64,000 nt of DNA from Candidatus Nomurabacteria bacterium (GTDB taxonomy: Bacteria; Patescibacteriota; Minisyncoccia; Phycocordibacterales; UBA9973), in assembly GCA_026395965.1 (NCBI GenBank), contig JAPLXS010000006.1, forward strand, positions 10,851 to 74,850, read 5' to 3'. Under the pieces are notes generated by a model, which worked only from the letters and a program-made list of their open reading frames with translations, had not been told where the DNA came from and searched no databases. Positions 18,961 to 28,776 of the stretch are shown here, in pieces. Within the stretch, counting starts at the first letter, position 1, and the number at the start of each line of letters is the position of its first letter. The position numbers were made by a program, and so were the translations under genes.

Positions 18961-18983
18961 TTTAGGGGTTGGACCCCTAAAAC
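18961..18983. terminator. Hairpin tttagggg-ttgga-cccctaaa downstream of uvrC. A partial copy lies inside tgt.
   Basis: 9-bp perfect stem, read directly. Confidence 0.45.
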
Positions 18984-20288
18984 TTACTTCAGGAAGTTTT
19001 TATTTCTTTTTAGTTTATGAAATGCTATAGCAAATCGATGTGCTTCGGTATTTATTAGTAGTATTTCTTTCTTGTATTTTTTAATTAATACTTCATCACC
19101 CATTATTGCTTTGGCTTTATGTTTGTCATCTTTTACTACTGATACAACTGGGATTTTAAATTGATACCTATCAAGTACAGCCTTGGCTACATTTACCTGA
19201 GCTACACTACCATCCATAACAATAAGGTTAGGAAGCCCCCATTCAATATGTCGGAGGCGCCGAGACAGAACTTCTTCTAAAGCACCAGTATCGTTTGATT
19301 TTGTTTGGGTTTTTATTATAAATTTCTTATATTCACCTTTTTCCAATTCCCCATTTTCAATAACAGTCATTACGCCTACCATACTAGACCCTCCCATGTG
19401 TGCTATGTCATAAGCCTCGATACGAAACTTTAGAGTATCATTATTTTCTGGAATATAATTACCAAACATTTCTTCCCTCAGAAGAGCAACATCATTTATA
19501 TGTTCAAGAGCAAAAATTCTTTTCTTTATTTCACCTGCTTTTTCGAATTCTTTCTTTTTTGCAGCAGCAACCATCTCTTTCTTAAAATTTATTATTACGC
19601 TTTTCTTTTTTCCTTCAAAAAATAATTTAAGATTTTTAATATTATTTTTATATTCTAAAGACGCAGCAGAAAATTTATTTTTAGTTGAATCATCCCAAGT
19701 TTTAGAGGTACAACCACCGGAGCCACATATGGTTGGACTTCTAAAACTTTGAGACTCAACAAAAGGAACTAGACCTAGCTGTTTATAAAATTCTTTATTA
19801 TTTTTTTTACTGGACTGCTCATCTATAAATGGAAATATTCTTCTTATTATTTTCATCGCATCTCTTAACTGTAATCCATTTGGAAAAGGCCCGTAGACTA
19901 CTTGGTAATTTTCTTTCTTTAAATATCTACCACGAATAACCAAAACCTTTGGTATTTGATCTTTTGTTATACAAACATAATTAAAACTCTTATTGTCCTT
20001 TTCTTTTGTATTATACTTGGGTTGATATTTCTTTATTAGATTGGCTTCCAATATTAAAGCCTCGAGAACACTATCTGTCTCTTTCCATTTTATAGAAGTT
20101 GCTATGGTTACCATATCAAGCAACATAGGACCACGAGTCACTATCAAATCCTTGCCAAAATAGCTCTTTACTCTATCTGCTAGTGAGGTGGCTTTACCTA
20201 TATAGAGTATATCTTTGCCTTTATAGAAAAAATAAACACCTGGGGCTTTAGGTAACTTAATATTTTTTAACTGTTGACTATTCATCAT
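18984..20288 (-). CDS. uvrC: Excinuclease ABC subunit C, short form with GIY-YIG and RNase H-like endonuclease domains. The C-terminal (HhH)2 domain appears to be absent.
   Basis: GVYFFYKGKDILYIGKATSLADRVKSYF is a GIY-YIG motif. IEAYDIAHMGGSSMVGVMTV...IVMDGSVAQV is the UvrC endonuclease domain. Only 434 aa. Confidence 0.7.
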   Translation of the reverse strand: MMNSQQLKNIKLPKAPGVYFFYKGKDILYIGKATSLADRVKSYFGKDLIVTRGPMLLDMVTIATSIKWKETDSVLEALILEANLIKKYQPKYNTKEKDNKSFNYVCITKDQIPKVLVIRGRYLKKENYQVVYGPFPNGLQLRDAMKIIRRIFPFIDEQSSKKNNKEFYKQLGLVPFVESQSFRSPTICGSGGCTSKTWDDSTKNKFSAASLEYKNNIKNLKLFFEGKKKSVIINFKKEMVAAAKKKEFEKAGEIKKRIFALEHINDVALLREEMFGNYIPENNDTLKFRIEAYDIAHMGGSSMVGVMTVIENGELEKGEYKKFIIKTQTKSNDTGALEEVLSRRLRHIEWGLPNLIVMDGSVAQVNVAKAVLDRYQFKIPVVSVVKDDKHKAKAIMGDEVLIKKYKKEILLINTEAHRFAIAFHKLKRNKNFLK

Positions 20289-20342
20289 ATTTATGATATA
20301 TTAAATATTAAATTTACACAATATTCTCAATAATTTAAATCA

Positions 20343-20651
20343 TTGATTATGATACAAGATGCAGAAGGGGTTTACACAAGAACTCAGGCTTTCAATTTTT
20401 TAAAAAATCTTTTAGGTATACCTAAAAGATCACTCATCAACGAGGAATTTTTTATGTTGTTCTTTATTGATTCTGGAAATTTTTATTTAATTAAAAAACC
20501 AGAAGACATAATTAAAGCACTGTTTACACAAGAAGGCATTGTTGAACTCAATAAAACATATTACCAGAAAAAACTGGAAAATAATAATATTGAAGCCGAT
20601 GAAATCTCAAAAAAAGTAATGGATCATTTTAGAGAATTACTCTGTAAATAA
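20343..20651 (+). CDS. Hypothetical protein.
   Basis: ORF only. Confidence 0.3.
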   Translation: MIMIQDAEGVYTRTQAFNFLKNLLGIPKRSLINEEFFMLFFIDSGNFYLIKKPEDIIKALFTQEGIVELNKTYYQKKLENNNIEADEISKKVMDHFRELLCK

Positions 20652-20672
20652 TTCATTATAAATTTATTCTTA

Positions 20673-20708
20673 AAGCTATCAGAAATTCTGATAGCTTTAT
20701 TTTTTTCT
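20673..20708. terminator. Bidirectional terminator.
   Basis: aaagctatcagaaattctgatagcttt followed by a T-tract. Confidence 0.6.
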
Positions 20709-23303
20709 TAAAACCTTTTTTAAATATTTACCTGTATGAGATGCTGGAGTATTTGCAACTTCCTCTGGAGTACCTTTTGCTACTATATTTCCACCACCAT
20801 TACCACCTTCAGGACCAATATCAATAATGTAATCTGAATTTTTAATAATATCCATACTGTGCTCAATAAGCACAACACTATTACCCTTGTTTACAAGCTT
20901 GTTTAAAACTTCTAAAAGCTTTGCAACATCATCATAATGAAGTCCGACAGTAGGTTCATCAAGTAAGTAAATAGTCTTCTCTAGGTGTGGACGATAAAGC
21001 TCAGAAGAAATTTTAACTCTTTGAGCTTCCCCACCAGACAGAGTTGTTGCTGATTGACCAAGTTTAACATAGCCAAGTCCTACATCATTTAAAGTTCTAA
21101 TCCTGTCGTAGACATTTGGAATATCTTCGAAAAATACCAATCCTTCTTCTACTGTCATCTGCAAAATATCATGAATATTTTTCTTTTTGTATTTTATAGT
21201 TAGAGTTTCTTTGTCAAATCTTTTACCATTACACACATCACAAGTAACATAGACAGTAGGCAAGAAATGCATCTCTACAGCTATCTCTCCGTTACCTTCA
21301 CATGCTTCACAACGTCCACCTTTTACATTGAAAGAGAATCTATTTGATTTCCAACCACGAAGTCTAGCTTCATCAGTACTTGCGAAAATATCTCTAATAA
21401 AAGTAAATGACCCCGTATATGTAGAAATATTTGAACGAGGAGTTCGTCCTATTGGAGACTGATCTATAAGGATAGCACGAGATAAATACTCTGTACCTGT
21501 AAATGATGCACAATTAAATATTGTAGCTGTTCTAAACTTTCGTTCATAACGAGCCTGAAGATTTTTATGTAAAATTTCATACATAAAAGAACTCTTACCT
21601 GAACCTGAAACTCCGGTTATAACAACCATTTTACCAAGAGGAACTTCTACATTCATATTTTTAATATTAAAAACTTTTCCACCAACTATTTTTAGAGAAC
21701 CTTTGTCAGCAGTTCTTCTCTTTTCTGGAATCTCTATTTTAAGTTCATTTCTAAGATACCCCAAAGTCCTTGATTTTGAAGGATTGGTAGATGCATCCAA
21801 TAATTTTTCTAAATAATCAGCAACGATAACCTCGCCTCCATGAACACCTGCCTTGGGCCCAATATCTATAATATAATCTGAAGCATATATAGTATCTTCG
21901 TCATGCTCAACAACAATGATAGTATTTCCTATATCTCGAAGATTTTCTAAGGTTTTTATCAAGCGATCATTATCGCGTTGGTGAAGTCCTATAGTAGGCT
22001 CATCAAGAACATAAAGTGCTCCTACAAGTCTTGAACCCAACTGACTTGCAAGTCTAATACGCTGAGCTTCTCCTCCTGAAAGAGTATTTGCTTTTCTATC
22101 TAAAGATAAATAATTTAATCCTACATTGAGTAAAAATTGAAGTCTTGCTTCTATTTCTTTTACTATCACTTTTGAAATTTCTTTTTCTTGTTCATTTAAA
22201 GTAAGTTCTATAAAAAAATCTGAAACATGATCAATAGATAAATGAGTAAGATCTACAATATTTAAACGTGTTTTAGTTTGACCTAAAAATACATTCAATG
22301 CTTCTGGTCTCAATCGAGAACCTTTACAATCATCACAAGGTTCTGTCCCTCCAAAGTATTTAGAACCCAAACCATTACATGTTGGACATGCTCCATAAGG
22401 AGAATTGAATGAGAAAAGTCTTGGTTCTATTTCAGGAAATGCAAAACCATCTCTAGGACAAGAAAATTTTGAAGATAATAAAAATTCATCATCTGCTATT
22501 TTTATAATAACTAAACCATCTGATTCTATGAGTGCGCGTTCTACAGATTCAGAAAGTCTCATACGAGCATCACTAGGATTGTCTTTGAATTCATGAATAA
22601 GAAAAGAATCAACTACAACTTCTATATCATGTTTTTTAGTTTTTGAAATATCTATCCTTTCTCTTAATTTTTTTATTTCTCCGTCCATTCTAACTTCAGA
22701 AAAACCTTTATTTAACAAGTCATAGAGCAGCTGATAATATTCGCCTTTTCTACCACGCACCACAGGAGACAATATAGATATAGGTGTTTCGTCCCATTCA
22801 ACTCCTAAAACTTTTTTCTTATTATTATTTTTTTTAACTAATTTTATTTTATCAAGAGCGAAATTTATAATTTCTTCATTTGAAAGTTTTTTAATTTCAT
22901 CTCCACATTCTGGACAATGAGGCTTGCCGATTCTTGCATACAAAACACGCAAATAATCATATATCTCTGTGATAGTAGCTACAGTAGAGCGAGGATTATT
23001 TGAACGGGATTTTTGATCAATAGAAATAGCAGGAGAAAGACCAGAAATCTCATCTACGTCTGGTTTTGGCATTTGGTTTAAAAACTGACGAGCATATGCA
23101 GAAAGAGATTCAACATAACGACGTTGTCCTTCAGCGAAAATAGTATCAAAGGCAAGAGATGACTTTCCAGAACCTGACATACCAGTAATAACCACCATTT
23201 TATTGCGTGGCATTTCTACACTAATGTTTTTAAGATTATGAGTACGAGCTCCTTTTATTATTATTTTTCCTTCTTCATTTTTTTTCATTTTATATTCATT
23301 CAA
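20697..23303 (-). CDS. uvrA: Excinuclease ABC subunit A.
   Basis: Two ABC ATPase modules with [14 protein letters not shown] and [17 protein letters not shown] signatures, and the zinc-finger cysteines CPTCNGLG and CEACEGNG. Confidence 0.95.
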   Translation of the reverse strand: MNEYKMKKNEEGKIIIKGARTHNLKNISVEMPRNKMVVITGMSGSGKSSLAFDTIFAEGQRRYVESLSAYARQFLNQMPKPDVDEISGLSPAISIDQKSRSNNPRSTVATITEIYDYLRVLYARIGKPHCPECGDEIKKLSNEEIINFALDKIKLVKKNNNKKKVLGVEWDETPISILSPVVRGRKGEYYQLLYDLLNKGFSEVRMDGEIKKLRERIDISKTKKHDIEVVVDSFLIHEFKDNPSDARMRLSESVERALIESDGLVIIKIADDEFLLSSKFSCPRDGFAFPEIEPRLFSFNSPYGACPTCNGLGSKYFGGTEPCDDCKGSRLRPEALNVFLGQTKTRLNIVDLTHLSIDHVSDFFIELTLNEQEKEISKVIVKEIEARLQFLLNVGLNYLSLDRKANTLSGGEAQRIRLASQLGSRLVGALYVLDEPTIGLHQRDNDRLIKTLENLRDIGNTIIVVEHDEDTIYASDYIIDIGPKAGVHGGEVIVADYLEKLLDASTNPSKSRTLGYLRNELKIEIPEKRRTADKGSLKIVGGKVFNIKNMNVEVPLGKMVVITGVSGSGKSSFMYEILHKNLQARYERKFRTATIFNCASFTGTEYLSRAILIDQSPIGRTPRSNISTYTGSFTFIRDIFASTDEARLRGWKSNRFSFNVKGGRCEACEGNGEIAVEMHFLPTVYVTCDVCNGKRFDKETLTIKYKKKNIHDILQMTVEEGLVFFEDIPNVYDRIRTLNDVGLGYVKLGQSATTLSGGEAQRVKISSELYRPHLEKTIYLLDEPTVGLHYDDVAKLLEVLNKLVNKGNSVVLIEHSMDIIKNSDYIIDIGPEGGNGGGNIVAKGTPEEVANTPASHTGKYLKKVLRKK

Positions 23304-23425
23304 TCGGTTTAAGATTATATATAACCTTAAACCAAGATATGCCCCACATTCATTCTATATGAGGGTATATCAATATTTAACTACTTGCATAATAACACAA
23401 ACAACTATATTTGACAAATAAACCT

Positions 23426-25540
23426 TTAATTTAAATCTTTAGGGAAAAGTTTATTATTTAATGCTACTATTTCATCTCTCAAGATTGCAGCTGTTTCAAA
23501 ATCTAATTCTTTGACAGCTTTATTCATTTCTTTTTCTTTTAGGTTTACAATCTTTTGGTAAATAATTTTATTTCTATCTTGATCTGAGAGCAACAAATTT
23601 TTGATAGATTCTCTCTCACCTTTTCCTTTATTACTTTTATCTTTTATAAATGCCTTCTTAAATAATTCTACGTCTAAATCAAGCTCTGCTCCGACTGCTT
23701 TTTCGTGTTTATTTTCTAATTCTTCTGTAATATCTTTTATCTTTTTTATAATTGTTTTCGGAGTTATACCATTTTTCTTATTATATGCTATCTGTATATT
23801 ACGACGACGAGTAGTTTCTGCTATTGAGTTAGTTAGTGCATCATTCATAATATCTGCATACAAGATAACCCGCCCTTCTACGTTGCGAGCAGCACGTCCT
23901 ATTGTTTGTATAAGAGACGTCTCAGAACGCAAGAAACCAGCCTTATCGGCGTCTAGGATGCCTATGAGAGCTAATTCTGGTAAATCCAAGCCTTCACGAA
24001 GCAAGTTCACTCCTACTAGTATATCCATATCACCCTTTCTGAAAGCGGTAAGAATTTGAATACGTTCTATAGTTTTAATCTCACTATGTAGGTATTCTGC
24101 TTTCATTCCTTTTTCTTTTAAATATATAGATAAATCTTCTGCCATTTTTTTGGTCAAAGTTGTAGCTATAACTCTAAATCCTTTCTTTATTGTTTTTTCT
24201 GCTTCAATAATAAAATCTTGAATTTGGCCAGGATAATTTTTATCATTTGTAGAAGCAGAAACAGGTTTTACTATTATCTGCGGATCAATGAGCCCGGTTG
24301 GACGAATTATTTGTTCTACTATTTGCTCACTTGTAGATTTCTCTTTTTCACTAGGTGTAGCTGATACATATATAACTTGTCCTGTTCTTTCTTCAAATTC
24401 AGCTATTTTAAGTGGGCGATTATCTTTTGCTGATGGCAATCGAAAACCAAACTCGACAAGAGTATTTTTACGAGAGGCATCTCCTGCATACATACCACCT
24501 ATCTGAGGAAGAGTTACGTGAGATTCATCTATAATAGTTAGAAAATCATCTTTAAAATACGACAACAAAGTTTCAGGTGCCTCACCTTCTTTCTTGCCCG
24601 ACATTTGTCTTGAATAATTTTCAATACCATTACAATAACCAACTTCTTTTATCATAGCCAGGTCATAGCTAGTTCTTCTTTTTATTCTTTCAGCCTCGAG
24701 AAGCTTCCCTTCTTTTTCAAATTTTTTTAACTGTATATCTAGTTCTGATTTTATATTTTTGGCTGCTTTTTTTAATTGGTCTTTATTTGTAATAAAATGT
24801 TTGGCAGGAAAAAGAAAAATATTATTTTCTTCTTTTATTATATGAGAAGAAACTGGATCTACTTTTGCTATTCTAGAGATAACTCCACCCTCAAATTCAA
24901 CTTGAAAAATAAATGTTTCAGAGATTGGCATTATCTCTACTTTTTGCCCGATAGATCTAAATCCTCCTGGAATAATATCTGCATTTGTACGTTCAAAATG
25001 AATTATTACTAATTTCTTCATCAGTTCGATACGTTCTATTTTCATTCCAACTTCGAGTTTTAGATTTACCTTTTCGTAATCATCTGGACTACCTAAGCCG
25101 TAAATACATGACACTGAAGCTACAATAATAACGTCGGGGCGAGTAAGTAAAGACTGAGTAGTCGCATGTCTCAAACGGTCTATTTCTTTATTTATTTGAG
25201 CATCTTTTTCTATGTATGTATCAGATGCTGGCATGTAAGCTTCTGGCTGATAGTAGTCATAGTAGGACACAAAATAATGAACTGCAGCATCAGGAAAAAA
25301 CTCCCTAAACTCTTGTGCAAGCTGAGCTGCAAGTGTCTTATTGTGAGCTATGATCAGAGTTGGTCTGTTCCATTCTGCTATAATATTTGCAACTGTAAAA
25401 GTTTTACCTGTACCGGTAGCTCCCAACAATGTCTGCTTTTTCATTCCATTTTTTAAGCCTTTTAGTAATTCGGAAATAGCCTTTGGCTGATCACCATCTG
25501 GTTTGAATTCACTCTTTAATTTAAAAACTTTATTTTGCAT
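23426..25540 (-). CDS. uvrB: Excinuclease ABC subunit B.
   Basis: GDQPKAI, LLGATGTGKTFT, DESHVT and helicase motifs, plus the C-terminal UvrB/UvrC-interaction motif. Confidence 0.95.
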   Translation of the reverse strand: MQNKVFKLKSEFKPDGDQPKAISELLKGLKNGMKKQTLLGATGTGKTFTVANIIAEWNRPTLIIAHNKTLAAQLAQEFREFFPDAAVHYFVSYYDYYQPEAYMPASDTYIEKDAQINKEIDRLRHATTQSLLTRPDVIIVASVSCIYGLGSPDDYEKVNLKLEVGMKIERIELMKKLVIIHFERTNADIIPGGFRSIGQKVEIMPISETFIFQVEFEGGVISRIAKVDPVSSHIIKEENNIFLFPAKHFITNKDQLKKAAKNIKSELDIQLKKFEKEGKLLEAERIKRRTSYDLAMIKEVGYCNGIENYSRQMSGKKEGEAPETLLSYFKDDFLTIIDESHVTLPQIGGMYAGDASRKNTLVEFGFRLPSAKDNRPLKIAEFEERTGQVIYVSATPSEKEKSTSEQIVEQIIRPTGLIDPQIIVKPVSASTNDKNYPGQIQDFIIEAEKTIKKGFRVIATTLTKKMAEDLSIYLKEKGMKAEYLHSEIKTIERIQILTAFRKGDMDILVGVNLLREGLDLPELALIGILDADKAGFLRSETSLIQTIGRAARNVEGRVILYADIMNDALTNSIAETTRRRNIQIAYNKKNGITPKTIIKKIKDITEELENKHEKAVGAELDLDVELFKKAFIKDKSNKGKGERESIKNLLLSDQDRNKIIYQKIVNLKEKEMNKAVKELDFETAAILRDEIVALNNKLFPKDLN

Positions 25541-25541
25541 T

Positions 25542-26933
25542 TTATTTTGAATACTTATTTAAAAATTCATTTTTAAAATCATGAAATGTATTATTTAAAA
25601 TTGAGTTACGCATGTCTGAAACTAGTTTAGTTATAAAATATATATTGTGTATTGAAGCAAGTGTAGCCCCCAACATTTCTTTTGCACGGAAAAGATGAGA
25701 CATATAACTTCTGGTGTAGTTCTTGCAAGTATAGCACTCACAGCCTTCATCTATAATATTAAAATCTTCAACAAATTTTGCATTTAGAATATTTATTTTA
25801 CCATTTTTTGTAAACATAGTTCCATTGCGAGCTATACGAGTAGGACCTACACAATCAAAAAGATCTACTCCATTTTCAACTCCCATAAATAAATCAATTG
25901 GTTCGCCTATTCCCAATAAATGGCGAGGTTTTTCTTCTGGAAGAATTTCATTTACCCACTTAACAGCAGTAGACATATCTTCCTTTGCAAATGAACCACC
26001 AATACCAAAACCATCAAAATCCATACTTCCAATAACCTCTGCGGATTTTTTACGAAGTATTTCTGAGCGTCCACCTTGAACGATACCGAAGAGTGCCTGA
26101 GGCAGAACCTGAAGATTTTGCTCAGGCGAATTGGTCTGGCCCCTCGTCCTTCCTCGTCCGAGGACCTGAGAATGAGCAAAATCTTCAGGTTCTGCCTTAA
26201 TCGAAGCAGGAATTTTTAGAGATACAACCTCAGATTTGTCGAAAGGTTGGACCCCTAAAACTTTCTGCGAAGCTTTATTTTCTTTAATATTTTCTAATTC
26301 TTTATGTTTAGTTAAACTCCTCTTTGCCCATGCGTGAGTACGGGAAAGAGCTTCTTCTTGATATTTGTCATTTTCAGTAGGAGAAGTACATTCATCAAAA
26401 GCAAAAATAATATCTGCTCCGAGATTGTGCTGAATCTCTATCGATTTTTCTGGAGTAATATAATGAAGTGAACCATCTATATGTGATCTAAAAGATACTC
26501 CATCATTACCAACAACTGCAAGTCTTGGAATACCATCATCAACACTTGAACGTTCTGCTATGAGCAAACTAGGGTCAGTAACTGCAATAACTTTTGATAT
26601 TTCTTTTCCATAAGCAACTCCTAAAGAAAAAACTTGAAAGCCACCTGAGTCAGTCATTAGAGGACCAGACCAATTCATAAATTTATGTAACCCACCCGCA
26701 TCACGAATAAGTTCATCTCCTGGTTGTAAATATAAATGGTAAGTATTGGCAAGTGTTACTTGAACTTTGTCTGAAATTAGTTGTTCTGTTGTAACACTTT
26801 TAACAGTTCCTTTCGTACCAACTACAACAAAAGATGGTGTAAGGATATCACCATGTGGAGTAGAAAGTACTCCTGCCCTTCCCAAAAAATTTGGGATTTT
26901 CTTTTCTATTTTAAAATTTAATGCTTTTTTCAT
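25542..26933 (-). CDS. tgt: Queuine tRNA-ribosyltransferase, carrying an in-frame insertion of about 55 aa before the ALFGIVQGG motif.
   Basis: GTKGTVKSVTTEQL, LANTYHLYLQPG, MTDSGGFQVFSLG and ALFGIVQGG match Tgt. The segment between WAKRS and ALFGIVQGG is about 73 aa against about 20 in E. coli Tgt. Confidence 0.85.
   Translation of the reverse strand: MKKALNFKIEKKIPNFLGRAGVLSTPHGDILTPSFVVVGTKGTVKSVTTEQLISDKVQVTLANTYHLYLQPGDELIRDAGGLHKFMNWSGPLMTDSGGFQVFSLGVAYGKEISKVIAVTDPSLLIAERSSVDDGIPRLAVVGNDGVSFRSHIDGSLHYITPEKSIEIQHNLGADIIFAFDECTSPTENDKYQEEALSRTHAWAKRSLTKHKELENIKENKASQKVLGVQPFDKSEVVSLKIPASIKAEPEDFAHSQVLGRGRTRGQTNSPEQNLQVLPQALFGIVQGGRSEILRKKSAEVIGSMDFDGFGIGGSFAKEDMSTAVKWVNEILPEEKPRHLLGIGEPIDLFMGVENGVDLFDCVGPTRIARNGTMFTKNGKINILNAKFVEDFNIIDEGCECYTCKNYTRSYMSHLFRAKEMLGATLASIHNIYFITKLVSDMRNSILNNTFHDFKNEFLNKYSK
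26101..26196. repeat. Palindromic element inside the tgt coding sequence: 24-bp perfect inverted arms flanking a 48-bp GC-rich core.
   Basis: Arms ggcagaacctgaagattttgctca (26101-26124) and tgagcaaaatcttcaggttctgcc (26173-26196). Core ggtctggcccctcgtccttcctcgtccgaggacc. Confidence 0.6.
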
Positions 26934-27038
26934 ATATTTTGTAATTGTGGATAACTATTGCATATACGATATATATATTGTATACTACAAATATCTTAGG
27001 GTTTTAGTCATAAAACTTTAAGGGTATTACATCCAAGG

Positions 27039-27070
27039 GTAGCCCTCCGCAAGGAGGGCTACTTTTATTT
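27039..27070 (+). terminator. GC-rich hairpin gtagccctcc-gcaa-ggagggctac plus T-tract, plus-oriented, overlapping the stop of the NYN gene.
   Basis: Read directly. It stands out against the AT-rich background. Confidence 0.4.
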
Positions 27071-27642
27071 TAAGACTTATCATCTTTATGTTTTAACTCT
27101 CTTCCCCAAATGTCTGCTTCTATCTTTAATACATCAAAGTATCCATCTCCCCCTGTTCTTAATTCTTGGGATATATTATTTTTTGAAGAAAAAGTAAAAA
27201 CTTTTTTTCCATCATTACGTAAATAATTTACTAATGCTAGAAAATCTGAATCGCCAGTAAATAAAATAGCTGTATCATATTTTTTACAAAAATGCATCGC
27301 ATCTATTGTCATTTCAACATCCATATTACCTTTTTCTTGTATTAAATCACCTAAATCACTATGCTCCACAATTCTTTTTAATTCCTTTTTTCTAACAGTA
27401 AAACCTAAACCCTTTTTAAGATAAGTATAAAATTTATGTTTTGAATCCTGGCTTTTTTCTCTAGTCCCTTCCTTAGGATAAGCAGTATAGTAAAATATTT
27501 GAATATCTGAGGCATTAAATTTTTCTTTCAAAAAAAACTTAAGTTTTTCAAAATCAAACATTCTTCCTTTTACCTTTTGAGCCTGCCAAAGATTTGATGC
27601 ATCTATAAATACATATATAATTTTTTTATTTTCATCAATCAT
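27070..27642 (-). CDS. NYN-domain (LabA-like, PIN-fold) ribonuclease.
   Basis: IYVFIDASNLW, DVEMTIDAM and ILFTGDSDFLALVNYLRNDGKKV match the NYN/LabA acidic-residue pattern. Confidence 0.6.
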   Translation of the reverse strand: MIDENKKIIYVFIDASNLWQAQKVKGRMFDFEKLKFFLKEKFNASDIQIFYYTAYPKEGTREKSQDSKHKFYTYLKKGLGFTVRKKELKRIVEHSDLGDLIQEKGNMDVEMTIDAMHFCKKYDTAILFTGDSDFLALVNYLRNDGKKVFTFSSKNNISQELRTGGDGYFDVLKIEADIWGRELKHKDDKS

Positions 27643-27671
27643 AATTAACTACCATAAGACTTAAAAAATAA

Positions 27672-28775
27672 TTATTTACCTGACTTAGTTCTATTATCCT
27701 CTTTACACAACATCTGACAATTATCAGCAATAGTTCTTCCTCCTTCATGCCATGGTTTTATATGATCAGCTTCCATATCTCCAATTGAAAATTCTTTTTT
27801 ACAAAAAGGACAAATACCATCTTGTCGTTCATATGACTCTCGTTTCATATTTGATGTAAATGCTCGAATAGAAAGATATCTCTCTTTTTTAGTAAGTACA
27901 TATGGATAAATACCAGATTTTTTTGTTACATCTTCATCTTGCATTAATTCTTTGATTTCGTTCTCAAGTTTTTTAGAATCAAGTTTTTTATCATTAAATG
28001 TATTATAAAGTTCACCCCAATTTACGCTAGACATTTCTTTTCTATAATTAGGAAAAACTTCTCGCACCCAATGAATTACATTTTGAAAATATTGCCATAG
28101 TTTATCCGCATTTTTATCGTGCTGATGTTTTGACATATAATCTTCTATCTCTTCATCATTTATCCATGATAATGCAGTTTCTAAATATTCTTGTCGAATT
28201 GGAGAACCAGTTATTAATTGCCCTCCGTCATTTGCAAGCAAATATGCAGCACAATTTGTTTTACTAAATTTTAGTTTTACATCAGAAAGCCACGGTCCTG
28301 TATATACGGCATTTCTAAGTTCTTGATTCGTTAATTCCATTCCCGCAATATTGATAATCTTAAACCAATCAAGCTTTTCTTTCTCTTCTCCTTCGCAATG
28401 ATAAATCATAAGTTCATAATTTAAAATCTGTTCTTGTTCTTCTTTGGTTAAATTATGAAACATTGCGGTTCGTCCATTGAAATCAATTGAAAAATCACCA
28501 TTTACATATTGAGCTATACTAATTGTTCTTTGTTGTCCATCAAGTACTTCAAAATTTCCGTCTTCCTTTTTTACCCAATACATAACATTAAGTGGAAAAT
28601 CCTTTTTAATTGTTTTGATTACCTCGTCACGATGTTTAACATCATATACAAATTCTCGCTGGTATTTTGGACGAATATCTAATTTACCACCAAAAGCAGA
28701 TACTCCTTCTTCGGCGCTATCTTTATAGTCTTTTACAACTTCTTCAATTTTAATTTTATGTAAATCTATTTTCAT
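27672..28775 (-). CDS. DUF262 (ParB/Srx-like NTP-binding domain)-HNH endonuclease fusion. Candidate restriction or defence nuclease.
   Basis: PKYQREFVYD and LDGQQRTISI are the DUF262 signatures. The C-terminal CPFCKKEF...DMEADHIKPWHEGGRTIADNCQMLCKEDNRTK is a canonical HNH motif. Confidence 0.65.
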   Translation of the reverse strand: MKIDLHKIKIEEVVKDYKDSAEEGVSAFGGKLDIRPKYQREFVYDVKHRDEVIKTIKKDFPLNVMYWVKKEDGNFEVLDGQQRTISIAQYVNGDFSIDFNGRTAMFHNLTKEEQEQILNYELMIYHCEGEEKEKLDWFKIINIAGMELTNQELRNAVYTGPWLSDVKLKFSKTNCAAYLLANDGGQLITGSPIRQEYLETALSWINDEEIEDYMSKHQHDKNADKLWQYFQNVIHWVREVFPNYRKEMSSVNWGELYNTFNDKKLDSKKLENEIKELMQDEDVTKKSGIYPYVLTKKERYLSIRAFTSNMKRESYERQDGICPFCKKEFSIGDMEADHIKPWHEGGRTIADNCQMLCKEDNRTKSGK

Positions 28776-28776
28776 A

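Noticed and set aside
23601-24059. 152-aa plus-strand ORF, plus others, inside uvrB.
   Set aside because: Antisense to conserved uvrB. Spurious.
26767-27021. 84-aa plus-strand ORF spanning the tgt start.
   Set aside because: It overlaps the tgt N-terminal coding region in antisense and the promoter region. No motif.
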